Position numbers and translations under genes: made by a program. DNA of 63,511 bases, filler included, from Pelomyxa schiedti (lineage: Eukaryota; Protista; Evosea), in NCBI GenBank assembly GCA_020536535.1. It is 11 parts of 11 records of this genome, joined end to end, with 100 filler letters (N's around TTAATTAATTAA, not from the genome) between each part and the next. Parts side by side here need not be neighbours in the genome. Positions count along the whole stretch, not along the records: positions 62,381 to 63,511 come from JAHLWZ010002790.1; 10 more parts are not named here. One strand, given 5' to 3'. Positions 62,561 to 63,511 of this stretch are shown here, one piece after another. Position 1 is the first letter of the stretch, and every line of letters starts with the position of its first letter. Below the pieces are notes generated by a model that was not told where the DNA came from, searched no databases, and saw only the letters and a list, made by a program, of their open reading frames with translations.

Positions 62561-63511
62561 CCACTACCCTCATCACCACACCAACCCATCATTTCGTTTC
62601 CAAGAAAGGCGAACAAAGAGACGTACGTGTTTGCTTGGGATGAATGAAGCCCGGTTGAAGGTGGTGGGTTGTGTGTATTTTTTGTTGTTCGCGATTGGAC
62701 TGCCGGCGGCGGCCAGCACCACGTTCGCGGAATCGCGGTGGGCGACGGCGCAGTCGTGCTCGCTGCAGGCCGTGGACGCGGATTATGGGTGCGACGTGTC
62801 CAGCACCCTCGGTGACTCGGCCGCATCACCGACCACAATGCAACTGCGTCACGGAGGTACCCTTACTTCTTTTATTTTAAAAGAAATAAGTAGAACTGTT
62901 TGTTGTTTCAACGTTCCTGAATTGTCAGAGGTGAATTGCAGTGTGCTGTTGAAGAATTGTGTGAAGGGATTGTGCTATCTGATGCTGGACATGACCTCAA
63001 GAGACTTCGTCACTGACGAAACTCCACACTCTTTGCCAACCAGCATATTCACGCGGTTTAACATGTCAGGGGCTGATTTCGTCTGGAACAAGTGTGTGTA
63101 TACTTGCGTTCATTCCGATTCATGAATTATTTCAACCGCCAACAATATCACAGACAAGGAGTGATGTTCGTTCCAAAGCAATCTGAGGTAACACACCAAT
63201 TATCAATTCTTCTTTACCCACACACTTGTCTTGTCCCTTTAGCTTCGTTCCACTTCTATTCACTTTTTATTTTATTTTATTTTAATTTCATTTCCGGAAA
63301 CTCATTTAAATACTTCTAATCCGGACTTTGACACTGATTTCAATTTCCGCAATTACTCTTCACTTCTTCTACTTCCACTCTTCACTGCAAATTCCGGCAC
63401 CACACTGTGTTTAACGCACATTCAGATAATCATGAATTACACCACGGCCAAGTGCGGACACTTCTACACATACCGTGGGTACTCACAGACCCAACTGTGC
63501 TCCAGCCCAAT

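Overview
Intron-rich eukaryotic draft sequence (GT-AG introns of about 36-120 nt), not one continuous locus. Ten 100-nt spacers (44 N + TTAATTAATTAA + 44 N) join 11 separate pieces, and there are seven plain 100-N scaffold gaps, so adjacency across spacers means nothing. The gene content looks amoebozoan; a Pelomyxa-like archamoeba is my unverified guess. Recognisable genes: a receptor-type adenylate cyclase, a 4-EF-hand protein, an ELMO-domain protein, two ROCO (LRR-Roc-COR-kinase) genes, an amino acid transporter, MoeA, a divergent actin and an acyltransferase-3 fragment. There are also two expanded orphan families with 4 copies each, plus LTR/gypsy and possible non-LTR retroelement debris. 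The most unusual part is the ubiquitin cluster at 15.7-20.4 kb. It has head-to-head polyubiquitin paralogues with introns always in codon R72, and a terminal unit that stops at L73 (no RGG); the same AGG CTT TGA end recurs three times. It also has an 11-substitution ubiquitin variant that keeps all 7 lysines and RGG and carries a collapsed ubiquitin-derived tail. Other leads are a ROCO whose three enzyme domains all look dead, a 66-bp hairpin, a template-switch deletion junction, a 58-bp bidirectional intergenic region and a structured 70-bp direct repeat. No CRISPR array, rRNA or complete tRNA gene was seen. All motif calls and alignments were made by eye.
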